DNA of 64,000 nucleotides from Lama glama. Taxonomy: Eukaryota. Location of the stretch: assembly GCA_028534125.1 (NCBI GenBank), contig CM052817.1, forward strand, positions 18,912,001 through 18,976,000. Reading direction: 5' to 3'. The position numbers were made by a program, and so were the translations under genes. This document shows positions 24,935-36,995 of this stretch, one piece after another (the stretch's first letter is position 1; each line of letters opens with the position of its first letter). Under the pieces are notes generated by a model that did not search any database, was not told the DNA's origin, and was given only the letters and a program-made list of their open reading frames with translations.

Positions 24935-25767
24935 TACTTATTGCCCTCTATTTTTCTTTTTCTAATTTTGTAACTCATATTCAGGTTCTGTAACATCTAG
25001 GCAGATACTATATTTTCAAATTCTCTTTCTCTGTCTCTGTGTATGTATGTGTGTATATGTGTGTGTTTGTGTGTATATGTATGTATATGGTGTTTCCAGT
25101 TTTCTTTCTTATCTTCAATTTCAATTTCCAACATTCTACTGATTTTTAAATTCATACTAACATTTTATTTTCAAAGCATATTTTTCTTCCCTGAATATTT
25201 CTTTTTAGAGATCTCTCTCTTTTTTTTTATAGATGAACTTGACTGTGAGGTTAAAATGTGCCATATATTGCAGGATCCTCTGATATCTAATATCTTTAAT
25301 ACGTTCTTTGGGACTGGTTTTACCGACCAGATAAAATTCTTCCAGTGTCTTCCCTGCAGGGCAAACTAGGCTACCAGCCTGCTGAAACCAAGTGGTAGAA
25401 ATGGAGCAGATAAAAGCTCTTATTGTTTTCTGCTTTCAGAAAATTGCTACTACTTTCACCTACTCCTGGTGTTCCCCACTCCAAATTCCTGCTGACCTGC
25501 CCCCCACCAAGGTAGTAATCTTCAGGTTTTTTGTCCCACGGGTGGTGAGAAGACAGTGACCAGGCTGCGTTGGACGCCAGAGCCCGAGATGGGGTCTGCC
25601 TCTTGCATAGACTGTCAGGCAGTGCTCGTCATGCTTCCAGCGCACACCACGTTTTAGAATTACTTGTCATTGCCAGTTGCTGAACCCTTCTGCCGCTCCC
25701 AGGTCTAAAGTGGGCTATTTCTGTGCTTCTTCCACTGTTAGGTTTAATTTCAGAAGCGGACTTCCAG

Positions 25768-25960
25768 GAGGAGATGGCAAACTACAGCCTTCCACCTGTT
25801 CTGATAAAAGTTTTATTTGAACATAGCTTTATTTACTCATTTTTGTATGATCTATGACTGCTTTCACACTACAGTGGCAAAGTTGAGTAGTTATGACAGA
25901 ATAACTGACCATCGACCAAGCATATTTACTATCTGTACGGAAAGTATTTGCCAACCCTTG
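25768..25960 (+). mobile_element. MER58A hAT-Charlie MITE
   Basis: ggcaaactacagcc...aaagttttatttgaacatagc...ctgctttcacactacagtggcaaagttgagtagtt...atatttactatctg...tttgccaaccc. Confidence 0.85.
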
Positions 25961-26477
25961 GTCTAGAGTATTTTTTACTGTTTACTACTTACACATCTGT
26001 TTTACAGCCTCCAAAATTTCATTTCTGTTGTTTCCTCTCACCTGCCATTTTTGTCCATGTGGGTTTATTTTTGTTAATTCTTTACATATTTGTTCAGATT
26101 TCAGGTTGAAATGGAGTTAACCACGAAGGTGTGGTCAGCCAGTGGTAATTGAAGTCTCCTCTTCTGTGTCATCACCACCTAAGCTGCTTGACCAGGACAT
26201 TTTGACCTAAGAAAGCAGTCTGTTCCAAGGTAAATCCACAGAGAGTTCCCATACCCTTTTTATCTTTCCCGTTTTTATATGAAATATCTATTAATCTTTT
26301 AGGCATTTAAGTTTTTCATGCTACCCTAGATTTTACCAGTCATAAAGGAAAGCAGTGTGAATCTATATAAGCAGTTGCTGATGCTAATTTAATTGTATGT
26401 ACTTTCATCCAGAAAACGTGTATAAAGTACCAAATATGCGGTGGTATTGTGTTCAAAGCTTAAAACACTAAAAATGG

Positions 26478-26519
26478 TAATAATAATAATAATAGTAATA
26501 ATAATAATAATAATAATAA
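26478..26519 (+). repeat. (TAA)n microsatellite with one interruption
   Basis: Read directly. Confidence 0.95.
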
Positions 26520-26774
26520 AGTTCATGTTCACTGCCCTTAAAAATGTAACCTGGTAAAGGATATAGAAATTAAAAAAACATTTCAAATCAATACAATGAG
26601 CTGTTGTAGAGGTAAGAACAGCTGATACAGGCAGATTTGCAGGTGATAGTCATAGGAGGCTTTATTTTGATGGATAAGTAGAGTTTTGACACTTAGAACA
26701 TGAAAGATACTTCTCCCAAAAGATAAATATGTATTTAAAGAATCAAGTCAGTCTTAAAGAAGTAGAGCATAAAG

Positions 26775-26960
26775 TTCCACAGCTATTCAGCTGTGTGACC
26801 TCTGGTAAGTTATTGAGCCTCTTTAAGCTTTTTTTTTTCCATCTGTGAGATGGAGATCCTACTCTCCTCATAGGTTTCCTGTAATGATTATATGAAATGT
26901 TGCACTTGACTTTTAACAGAATTCCTGGCAGGTAATAAATGCTCAGCAAAAGGCAATTAT
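26775..26960 (+). mobile_element. MIR (MIRb-like)
   Basis: agctgtgtgacctctggtaagttattgagcctct...ccatctgtgagatggagat...cctcatagg...cctggcaggtaataaatgctc. Confidence 0.85.
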
Positions 26961-28295
26961 CCTGTTAGTATAAATACTTTTTTTTTTTTTGTAAAGAAGG
27001 GTTAACAGTTTAGTCAAAAAAATAAATCTACGGTACTATTTGAAACACAGTGGTAGCTATTGATGAGAGACATTTTGTCAGGAGTAACCTTCCAATTATC
27101 CTTCAAATTACAGAATGTAGACAGTTAATTACTTTATCCCCAACAGCTATGAGTGGGCCTGATAAGGGATTGTTCACAACTGGACATTCTTGGTTTAGAA
27201 TCAGGATCACCTGAATTCATGTTCATCCAAATTATTTTCACCACTTTTGTAAATATCAGTAATCCAGCTGCTTATAATTTATAGCTATTTCTCCTAGACA
27301 GATCTTATCTAGCAACCTTGGTAGATTTATCTGAAGGAAAATATATCAATATATCTTCCCAAGCTATTATTACAACTTACATTTTCTTTTCATTTTGTTT
27401 GGGTTTTATTTTGAAAGGAAAAACCTTAACACTGTCATACAGAATTGATTGTTAAAAATTTGCAGCATTTATTGATCTAAGTAGATCTGGATTTAGAACA
27501 AAAAAGGTGACATAACTTGGCACACTGTTGATTTATGTTTTTTTTCATATTCTATCTCATTACCCATTTCCCGTTTACAAATACAGACATTGTGACTGGA
27601 GATCTGGCATACTTGTCGAATTTAGCTTAATGTGTTGTTTAGAACTATGATATCCCAAGTTAATAAAGACAATGAGTGAGTGGATCTATTTGGGTCTCTA
27701 GTAATCTATTGGAAGCGCGCACGAGGGATTTTTAGGACCCACAGAAGCAATCGGCAAGCTTGTGTGATTGCAGTGTTTCTATTTTTGCACTTTAGGTGTC
27801 CATTTCGTATATAAGCTTTAATTATGCTTTGTAATGTAACCCCTGACCTAAATATTTGTAGAAATTTTTTAGCGTCCCCTCTGTAAGGTCTTAGAATTGC
27901 ACAGTTTGATAATTTCCTTTGCTGAATTCTGGTGACAAATGCTTTTCTAAGCCTCTTAATCTCTCTGAATGTGGAACAGCATTTTCCCATATTGAGGAAG
28001 AAATTGCTGTCCATTTTGTATAAGAGAAGTTTTAAGCCAATGGAAAGGCTCCAAACTGAGCAGATATTTAAAGAGACTTAGTGTCAGTCATTGGAATGGA
28101 AACCATTGAAGAAAAACGTTCTTTTGGCTTCTGTAAATGTCATATTGGGAGCAGACTCTGGGGCTGCGTGCAGCAGCACCAGCCTTTGAGGATAAAAAGG
28201 GACCAGGAAGGCACAGGATTGGAGCTGGAGAAACAGGCAGTTTCAGAGGCTGGTCGTTAGGAGAGCAGCTTGGCAGCCCAAAGCAGGGCGCTGAT

Positions 28296-28740
28296 GAGCT
28301 TGGCAAACTCATACTCAGCAGAGTACTCAAGGGAAAGACAGAGGTCATGTCCATTCAACATTTACGATGTAGCCTCAAGGAAGTCTGGGTGGTGACTGAA
28401 ACGACATAAAGCTGTAGATTTATTTGTTTAAAATACTCACTTTCTTTAGAACTCTCATCACCTCCGGAGGCTGTGTTTCTGCTTAGAGTTGGGAACATTG
28501 ATCTTGCTAATTCAGGGTAACTTAGTTCAATGCAACGCATTTTTTTTTCCACTTAAGTTTGTGATTTATATTCAGCCGTAGTCCAATTTAAATTTTCACC
28601 ACCCAGTTTCCTCTACCTTTGGGTGGACTGTACCGTAACAAAAAGAGCTTGGCAAATGTGTGCTTGGCAGTATACTCAAGGGTAAGAGGTCACATACATT
28701 CATTGTTTATGACAGCCTCAAGGAAGTCCCTTGGGTGACT
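28296..28740 (+). repeat. Diverged direct repeat, two ~100-bp copies (28296-28397 and 28645-28740)
   Basis: Shared blocks gagcttggcaaa, tactcaaggg, gaggtca, cattca, agcctcaaggaagtc, ggtgact. Manual alignment 73/102 identical. Confidence 0.85.
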
Positions 28741-30239
28741 CTACTGCTTTCCCAGGTATTCCCAGGTATTGCCAGGCCAGCAGGTTAGCGCGTGTGTGTG
28801 TGTCTGTGTTGAGGATATTCTTAATTTTATTTGATTGTCAATCCTTTAACTATACAAAATCAGTTGTTTTCTAAATAATTGGCTCTTTCAGCCCTGGTAG
28901 TTCTCGATGGCTCTCAGGGATTTGTCTCCCATCCATATCCATGGTATCAGGGACACCGGTCGCTACCAGTGTCTCACTCAAAAAATAGATTTCACCCACA
29001 TCCCTATACTGCTATGTGATTCATCCTCTGCCAGTCAGTCCTGGCGTGGCATGGTTATTGGTGGTAGAGAATGCGAGGAGGCAGAACTACATCTGGTCCA
29101 CATTCTATATTTCATCTCGTCTTTATAGAGGTTCATAATCTCTGTGCTACTTTTCCTTTTGTATTTGTACTCCTTTTGTATGTCACATGTTGTGGTGTCT
29201 TTTGAATTCCAAGACAAGATTTAGCATCTTTGTTCTGGCAGTTGTTATGAGGACTTCGGGAAAATAAAATTAAAATCAACCCCTGATGTGACATAGTCAT
29301 GCATTTAATGTTTAATCAGCTGCAATTAGCCCTTCACCTGCTGTACATCAGGTGGGAAGTGTTGCTGAGTATTGGCTTGGGCTGTGATTTCACTCACTTA
29401 ATAGCTTCCTCTCGGGAGGAGTAACAGATTCCACAGAGACAGCAGAAAATTGGCAAAATGTCAAGATACCAAGTTAGCATGCTGAGTTTCCTATTCAACT
29501 TTGAATTGTTTTGAGGAGCAGGTCTGTGTAAAAGGCTGGGTGGTAACATAGGGAACCCTGAGTCTCTGAGCCTCCAGGAATGCCCAGGAAGCATCCACAA
29601 TAAGCTGGGTGTCAGGCGCGTGGGGGACAACTTCAGGGTGAAGGCTTAGAAGGCTAAACCTTTTCTAATAAGAGTCAGGGGACCCTGAAGTTGGGGGACC
29701 TCTGGCCCCAGGGAGGCCCTGCAGGGTCCTGCTTGGTTCCAATCATAAAAGTTCCTTCTACAGTGCTCCAAAAATACTTCAAACTTACTTGTTATCCCAC
29801 CTTTGAGTCCTACTCCAAAAGCCGAGGTAAACGCCCTCCCCCAACCCCACCCAAAAGCATATGAAAAGAACAGTGTGTATGGATTTCTCTCATCTCTTGT
29901 CCAAGAAGCTTTATTGGCATGGCCAGCCAAGGAGAGAGGTTTCTGTAGGTAGCGTGACATTTTGCAGGAGTCATCATCATGTTCTCTGTCTCTGATGCTT
30001 ATCCCATGTTCACTTGGTCTGTGATAAACTTTGAGCAATATTAGAAAAAGTGGCTACTGAATCCCCTTGGTTGAGTTATTCCAAATTGAGCCATATTGCC
30101 TGGAGACCTCAGACCAAATTAAACAGGATGATGGCCTCGTGAGCAAGACCGCCTGTTTCTACAATCAAAGATGTGAGTTTCTACTCCCTAATAAAAACCT
30201 ATGTGTTAGGATGTTCTATGTAATAAAAAAGGTTAACAA

Positions 30240-30432
30240 TAATTGTCAGGCACTTCACATATATTGTCTCACTGAAACAGTCTTAAATATGTGAAGTACA
30301 CCAATGAGGAAATTTACTGTGCATGAAATTTACTAACAAGCAAGTTGTTATATAATTGTTTCATGCTGTATCCAGGATTAGAACCTTAACCTGTATGACT
30401 CCAAACTTGTCTCCTACCTCTGCATTCTACTG
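30240..30432 (-). mobile_element. Degenerate MIR
   Basis: ggcacttcacatatattgtctca...atgaggaaa...ccaggattagaacc...tgactccaaac. Confidence 0.55.
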
Positions 30433-31242
30433 CATTGCTCAGAGCATTTACTTCTGCCAACTCCCACCTAGATAACTCACTACTGATTTGCCAAGGCAAG
30501 TACTCTCCAGAAGCCATTGGATAATGACTCAGGGCTCCTCAGATCTCTATGCTAGCAGATATTTGGACAACAACATCCACAAGCCAACTCTGTGGGGTAC
30601 AGCCTTGTAATAATGCCTAGTTCACAGTCTCTACCCCAGTAAGAATGCAACAAATACCACTATTTGAAGATAAGGATAAGATTGGTGAACATGTATAACA
30701 TTAGTCACAAACAATAGATTTTTTAAAACTCTTCATTTTGTATTTTCACTAAATTTAGGATAAAGGGAAACAGATCTCCTATGATGCAAGAAAATCACTA
30801 CATTAGCAAAGACATAGGAAGTGTCACTTCTAATTTTCTCCCATCCAGTGATATCAGTCTCCATCAAAAGCAGCTCATGCCCTTCCTGTGCTGTAAAACC
30901 TCCTGTGACATTATCAGAGCAAAGCAGTTACTTTAATTTTAAATGTAATAGGAGGCTTACTTACATCATAATCAGATACATAATAAATGCTGGGAGGATC
31001 AGCTAAGTTTTGCAGGGATATACGAGCTGTAGTGTTTTGGCAATATCTGTCTGTTGTAGACTGTTGATTTCTACAAAAAAAGTGCAATTTCTAAAAAGAG
31101 AAGAAATATGTGAGCAAATCCTTTAAAATGAAAATAAGTCCGTTGATGAGAATGTATTCAGTGAAGTGGATTTCTCCTTCATCCTGGGTGTCTCTCACAG
31201 ATCCAACCTGTTCATTCAAAAAATGGTAATGATACAAATGTT

Positions 31243-31475
31243 AATAATGTCTGAAAATTTGTTTTTCAGATTTATGTATCAGTGTGCTGAGTGCTTTACT
31301 TGTATTATCATATTTATGCTAACAATCTCATGAAGAAGATATTATTATGTTTTCCATTTTACATACAAGGAAAACATGCTTCAGATGGTTTACTAAATGC
31401 CCAGTGTCACAGTGCTGTTGAGTAATTCGATCGGTGTTGAAAATCACATCTGTCTGATCCCAGAGACTAAGCTCA
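31243..31475 (-). mobile_element. MIR (MIRb-like)
   Basis: gtgctgagtgctttacttgtattatc...ccattttacata...tgcccagtgtcacag...tctgtctgatcccagag. Confidence 0.8.
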
Positions 31476-31639
31476 GATACTGTTTCACTGAACTACTGTT
31501 TCTGCACTACAAACTGAACAAGTAAAAGTTGACTCTGGCATTGGCTTTATTGTCTCTGAATTTATTTGGACTAATGCCTGCCCACTTCCCTTCCATTACT
31601 CTTTTCTATTGTCTCTGCTGGTTTTCCAACATCCCTGTG

Positions 31640-32190
31640 TGTGATGATTAATTTTATGTGTCAGCCTGACTGGACCATGGAGTACCCAAATATGGAGTAG
31701 ACATTCTTCTGTGTCCTTGAGAGTGTTTTGAATGAGAGTAACATTTAAATTGGTGGACTGAGGAAAGCAGATTGCCCTTCTTAAGTTAGGTGGGCCTTAT
31801 CCAATCAGTTGAAAGCCTGAATAGAACAAAAAGTGTGACATTTCCCCAAGTAAAAATTTTTTCCATATGATTGGCCTTTGAACTAGGACATCAGATTTTT
31901 TCTTTCTTTTGGACTCACACTGAAGTATTGGCTCTTCTCGATTCTCAAGCTGCTGCCCTTTGACCTGGAACTACACCATTTCTCAGGCCTTTACATTCAG
32001 ACCTGAAGTAAATCATCAGTTCTCCTGGGTATCCAGGTTATTGATTCGTCTTACAGATCTTGAGAGTTGCAAGCTTCCATATTCACATTAACCAGTTCCT
32101 TATAACAACTCTCTCACTCGTGTGTGTGTTATGTATGTGTGTGTATTTCTCCTATTGATCTTATTTCTCTGGAGAACCATGATTCATACA
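31640..32190 (+). mobile_element. Full-length MLT2 (ERVL) solo LTR
   Basis: Starts tgtgatgattaattttatgtgtca, contains gactgaggaaagcagattgccct and gcctgaatagaacaaaaa, ends tttctctggagaaccatgattcataca. Confidence 0.92.
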
Positions 32191-32292
32191 CCAGATAATC
32201 TAGAACCTCAATCATAGTAACATTGCCAACTCTTTTATCTTATTTGAACACATTATTATGACTCTTTGTTGACACTCAAATACAAAGGAATT

Positions 32293-33089
32293 CTGAGCAT
32301 CTTTTCATGTGCTTGTTTGGCCATTTGTATGTCGTTTTTGGAAAAATGCCTATTTAGGTCCTCTGTCTATTCATTTTTAAAAAGGTGAAAGATTTATACA
32401 ATCTGAAGAGAAATCAGAGTATCCTCTGTCTGTTTTTAAATCAGGTTGTTTATTTCATTGATGTTCATTTGTGTGAGTTCTCTATATTTCAGATATTAAC
32501 CCCTTATTAGTCATATCATTTGCAAATATTTTCTCCCATTCAGTAGGCTGTATTTTTGTTTTGTTGATGGGTTCTTTCAATGTGCAAAAGCTTTTAAGTT
32601 TGATTAGGTCCAGTTTGTTCAGTTTTGCTTGAGGAAACAGATTCAAAAAATTGCTAAGACCTATGGCAAAGAGGATACTGCTTGTGTTTCCTTCTAGGAG
32701 TTTAATGGTTTCAGGTCTTACATTTAAGTCTTTTATGCATTTTGAGTTTATATGTGTATATGACATAAGAAGTTGTTCTAATTTCATTCTTTTACCTGTA
32801 GCTGTCCAGTTTTCCCAGCACCACTTATTGAAGAGAATGTCTTTTCCTCATTGTATATTCTTACTTCCTTTGTCATGGGTTAATTAACCATATGTGTGTG
32901 GGTTTATTTCTGGGCTCACTATTTTGTTTCATTGGTCTAGTGTCTCTTGTCATTACCCTACTGTTTTGATTACTGTAGCTTTGCAGTATAGTCTATAGTC
33001 CAGAACATGATACTTCCAGCTTCATTCTTTTTTTTTTTTTTTTTCTCGAGATTGCTTTGACTATCCAGGGTCTTTTGTGGCTCCATAAA
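32293..33089 (-). mobile_element. Inverted 5' segment of a twin-primed L1 (ORF2 C-terminal part)
   Basis: ORF 32482-32787(-) [20 protein letters not shown]...[13 protein letters not shown]...[12 protein letters not shown] is L1 ORF2. Confidence 0.95.
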
Positions 33090-33905
33090 TAATCATCAAG
33101 GACTTACAAATCAAAACTGCAGTGGGATATCACCTTATACCTGTCAGAATGGCTATCATTAAGACAAGAAATAACAACTGTTGGTGATGATATGGAGAAA
33201 ACGGAACATAGTACACTGTTGGTGGGAATGCAATTGATATACAACCACTGTGGGAAACAGTGTGGAGGATCCTCAAAAGTTTAAAAAGAGAACTACTGTA
33301 TAAGCCAGCAATTCCAATCCTGGTTATATATCCAAAGAAAATGAAAACACTAATTTGAGAAAATACATACACTCTGAAGTTCATAGCAGCATTATTTACA
33401 ATAACCAAAATATGAAAGCAATTTAAGTGTCCATCAATAGATGGATGGATAAAGAAGATGTTTTATACACACACACACACACACACACAAAGATACATAC
33501 ACATACACACACACACACATGTATACGTATGCTTACATACATACATACACACACACAATAGGATATTAGTCAGTCATAAAAAAGAATGAAATTTTGCCAT
33601 TTGCAGCAACATCGATGGACCTGGAGAGTATTACGCTTAGTGAAATAAGTCAGATGGAGAAAGATAAGCACTGTGTGTTTTCACTTATACATGGAATCTA
33701 AAATATAAAACAAATGAATGACTATAACAAAACAGACTCACAAAGAAGACAAACTAGTGGTTACCAGTGCAGAGAGGGATTGAGGGAAGGGCAAGATAGG
33801 TGAAGAGGATTAAGAGGTACAAACTACTAGGTACAACATAAATAAGATACAGAATAAATGTAGGGAATATAGCCAAAATTTTATAATAACTTTATATGGA
33901 GTTAA
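33090..33905 (+). mobile_element. Sense 3' segment of the same L1 (ORF2 end and 3' UTR)
   Basis: caaatcaaaac...gtcagaatggctatcatt...ttcatagcagcattatttacaata...gaggtacaaactact. 15-bp TSD AAATACAAAGGAATT at 32278-32292 and 33906-33920. Confidence 0.95.
33466..33558 (+). repeat. Compound (CA)n/(TACA)n microsatellite in the L1 3' UTR
   Basis: Read directly. Confidence 0.9.
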
Positions 33906-34111
33906 AAATACAAAGGAATTTTGTAGATTTGAAATAAGTAGAGATGGTGAAATAACATCTGTTTCAGAAGCAAAGTGTTACATTCAAGAACTCAGAGTCA
34001 ATCACAGAAACCAAGACTACGGTAATAAAATAAAGCACAGGCAGGGTTGATCCATGGCAGAATCTTAAGATCAGACATCTTCTGTTTGGAGTCTCATCAT
34101 TTAAAAAAATG

Positions 34112-34206
34112 TTTTTTATTGAAGCGTAGTTGATTTACAATATTAGTTTCAGGTATACAGCAAAGTGATTCAATTATACATATACTTGCATATATGTTTT
34201 CTATTT
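34112..34206 (-). mobile_element. Short L1 3' tail
   Basis: ttttttattgaagcgtagttgatttacaatattagtttcaggtatacagcaaagtgattca. Confidence 0.85.
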
Positions 34207-34584
34207 CTTAGTCCATTCTGTGTTACTATATAGAAAGGTAGTCTTAGCATCAAAGAGGTTGGGACTCCTAGTCCTGTGTTTTAGGGACTATCTCTATGAT
34301 CTGTTGATTAATTTGCATCTAGAACTTTTTTCTCTTGTTTCTGTTTTACTGCCTGATTTCTTGAGTTTCAGTTTGCTTAACCTCTTTTTGAATTAATGCA
34401 TATTATAAATTGTTTGACCTTCCATTAAAGGTTCTGACACATGTCCCCTTGTTCCACACAGTGCATCCCTTCTAAACTTCTTTATGCCCACATTCAGTTC
34501 CAACTCCCAGATCTGGAACTAAAATACAAGTCCATTTTTCTAGAACAAGGATTCTCAGACCATGCCTTCTTCAAGACCATCATC

Positions 34585-35028
34585 ATGATTCTACCTGTAA
34601 AGCTGTAACAATATTGGTGATTTAAAGTAACACAAATTTATTATGTTACAGTTCTGCAGCTCAGAAGTTTAAAATGAGTCTCACTGGGCTAAAATCCAAG
34701 TGTCAGCCAAACTGCATTCTTTCTGGACACTCTAGGGAAGAATCTGTTTCCTTGCCTTTTCTACCTTCTAGAAGTTGCCTACATTCCTTGGGTCTTGGAT
34801 TCTTTCCATCTTCAAAGTCAACAGTGGAATATCATGTCTTTGTCAAACTCCATCACTCTGACACTGCCTCTTCTGTCTTCTGCTTCTGCCTTTAAGGACC
34901 CTTGTGATTACTGTGGATCCACCTGAATAATACAAGGTGAACTCCCTGTTTCAAAGTCAGCTGATTAGTAACCTTAATTCCCCTTTGTCCTGTAAGGTAA
35001 TACATTCATTCATTATTCTGCCTGCCAC
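34585..35028 (-). mobile_element. MaLR LTR (MLT1C/D-like)
   Basis: tttattatgttacagttctg...ctctagggaagaatctgtttccttgccttttc...taaggacccttgtgattac...ttattctgcctgccaca. Confidence 0.85.
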
Positions 35029-35059
35029 AGATTTACAAAATAACTTTTAAAAACATGTG

Positions 35060-35560
35060 AACTACTTTTCAAATTCTAAATTCTCCTACCATTTGGTCTC
35101 TGCTCAACTCTCAGTCTCCATTTCAGATGGCCCTCTCCTTTGCTCACTGGACTCTGTCACAGTGGTCTTAAGTGGACTAACCAAATGTCACCTGCCTCAG
35201 GACCTTTGTACTTGCTCTTCCTTTGTGTGAAAGGTTCTGTCTCAAGATGTTCACGTAGCTCATTCTTGTCATTCTTAGACCATTTCCTCAGAGAGGCTTT
35301 TCTGGCCACTTCATACAAAGTAGTTCCAAATATTACACTATTTTAATTTATTCCCTTTATAGAATTTATCACCAGCTGAAATTGCCTTATTCATTTATTT
35401 TCTTATGTAATGTCTTTTTACCCTCCAGAAAGAAAAAAAATGTATGTGAATAGAAACGTTGTCTATTGTTTTAACAACTTTACCTCCAAAATTTACAACA
35501 GTGCCTTGCTTGTAAGTTCTCAACATATATTTGTTGAATAAATGATTGAATGATTTTATG
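35060..35560 (+). mobile_element. L2a 3' end
   Basis: cctgcctcaggacctttgtacttgct...cctcagagaggctttt...acagtgcctt...atatttgttgaataaatga. Confidence 0.8.
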
Positions 35561-36864
35561 AATAAATTTTAAATGAATACTACCAAACCAGTCATGCACT
35601 TACATTTCTTTTCTTCCAGCAGGGAAAAGATTTGTCATTCTATTTTCCATCTCCACAGAGCTCACCATGACTTCAAAAGGAAGAAACCATTAATTCCTTG
35701 CTCCCTCTTGGGTACCATGCATCATTCCTCTGAGGGCATTTTTAGCTCACAGTAACATCTTTGTTCTGCAGTTTCTTAATGCCCTTTTCATCTGATGCTC
35801 TGGGAAACAAAAAAGTTGCTCTCAGAAGAATGGACTAGAGAATTGCATTAATTTAGAAAACAAGAGAATTTACTATGAGATTCTGTAATATAAATAGAAT
35901 GTGAAGGTCACTCTGTGCCTCCTCTTAAATTGCATAATGTGCTTCTCTCATTCTTAACTTGCATTTCATGCAGATTCTTGCTTGTGCTCTTTATCTACAA
36001 ATTTGAAAAAGTAGCCAATCAAATACCACTCTAGATAAATTTGAGGCAAAAGCTACTGCATTAGCTTTAGTAGAGCATCTTTGCAAGCTTGCCCATCTTT
36101 GCAACCCTTTCAGTATCTGTTCTGATTACATTTTAAATCCTTTTATGTCTCTTGTTGTCCATTTCTCTTGTGTAGGCTTTCAAGGTTAGGAGAACTTTGT
36201 CATTCTTTTCAAGATCCTGGTGGACTCATTTCCTATTATAATGCAAACCCTTTAAGGTGCTCAGGTTATAAGGAAAGAGAAAGAAACCATTCTCATTTCC
36301 TGTTTGACTACATGTGTTTATGTAGTTTAAGAATTCAGTTTGGACAGAGGCCATCTATTTCTGGTTTAGTAGGGTGTGCTTAGTAAATAACAGATTCCTA
36401 TACTTAGTTAATACTAGCTTGATTAGTTAATTGATGTTTTTAACACATAGCATCTTGTGAGACTTTGGAATAGACAAAAATGATTAATTTTTCTTTGTTT
36501 GTTTAAAAGGAGACAACCCACTTGGACTGGTTCCTAATCACGTATTTTACTTCAAACTCTACATAAAGAACCACATTTCAATTTTATTCATTCTCTTAAA
36601 AATGGATACACTAAGCAGCCTAATGTCATAAGGTAAACTTACCAAGGCATTTCTATTCACTTACCCTTGTTAAAAAAGTGTGGATATGAAAGCCATGTTT
36701 TTTGCCCAGGTGGAACCTTGGCATGACCCACTCCAAACTTTCCAATAACACTTGTTTTTCAATAATGTCAATGTCACTGAGATAGATTCCATTATATGGG
36801 TAATTCTCTGAGGAATCTGAAGTCTGGGGCAATTCTCCTCTTATACTTGAGTGCAAGCTATGAT

Positions 36865-36995
36865 ATTTATATAGTCCTACCTTCCAAGGAGCTCAAAGCA
36901 CTTGATAAATATCATCTCATTGATCCTGTCCACTTTTCTGAACAATAAATGGCAAGAGATTGTGCCACCATTTAGCGGTGAGAAAAAACTCTGGG
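36865..36995 (-). mobile_element. Old MIR-related fragment (MIRc/MIR3-like)
   Basis: atttatatag...ctcaaagcactt...atcatctcattgatcct...ccatttagcggtgagaaaaaact. Confidence 0.5.

Larger units (their letters stand above)
24760..26157 (-). mobile_element. HAL1-like element, 5' part, interrupted by (TG)n and MER58A
   Basis: ctggcacttgttgggccctttcagtct and terminal ctccaaaatttcatttctgttgtttcctctc...tgtgggtttat...gaagtc match HAL1. Confidence 0.65.

Noticed and set aside
28296..28776. CRISPR-like or other prokaryotic repeat system
   Set aside because: Only two long diverged copies, no regular spacers, no cas genes, and a clearly mammalian context.
36653..36856. Minus-strand ORF ending at a strong donor (AGG|GTAAGT)
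   Set aside because: No convincing acceptor and no recognisable protein similarity.
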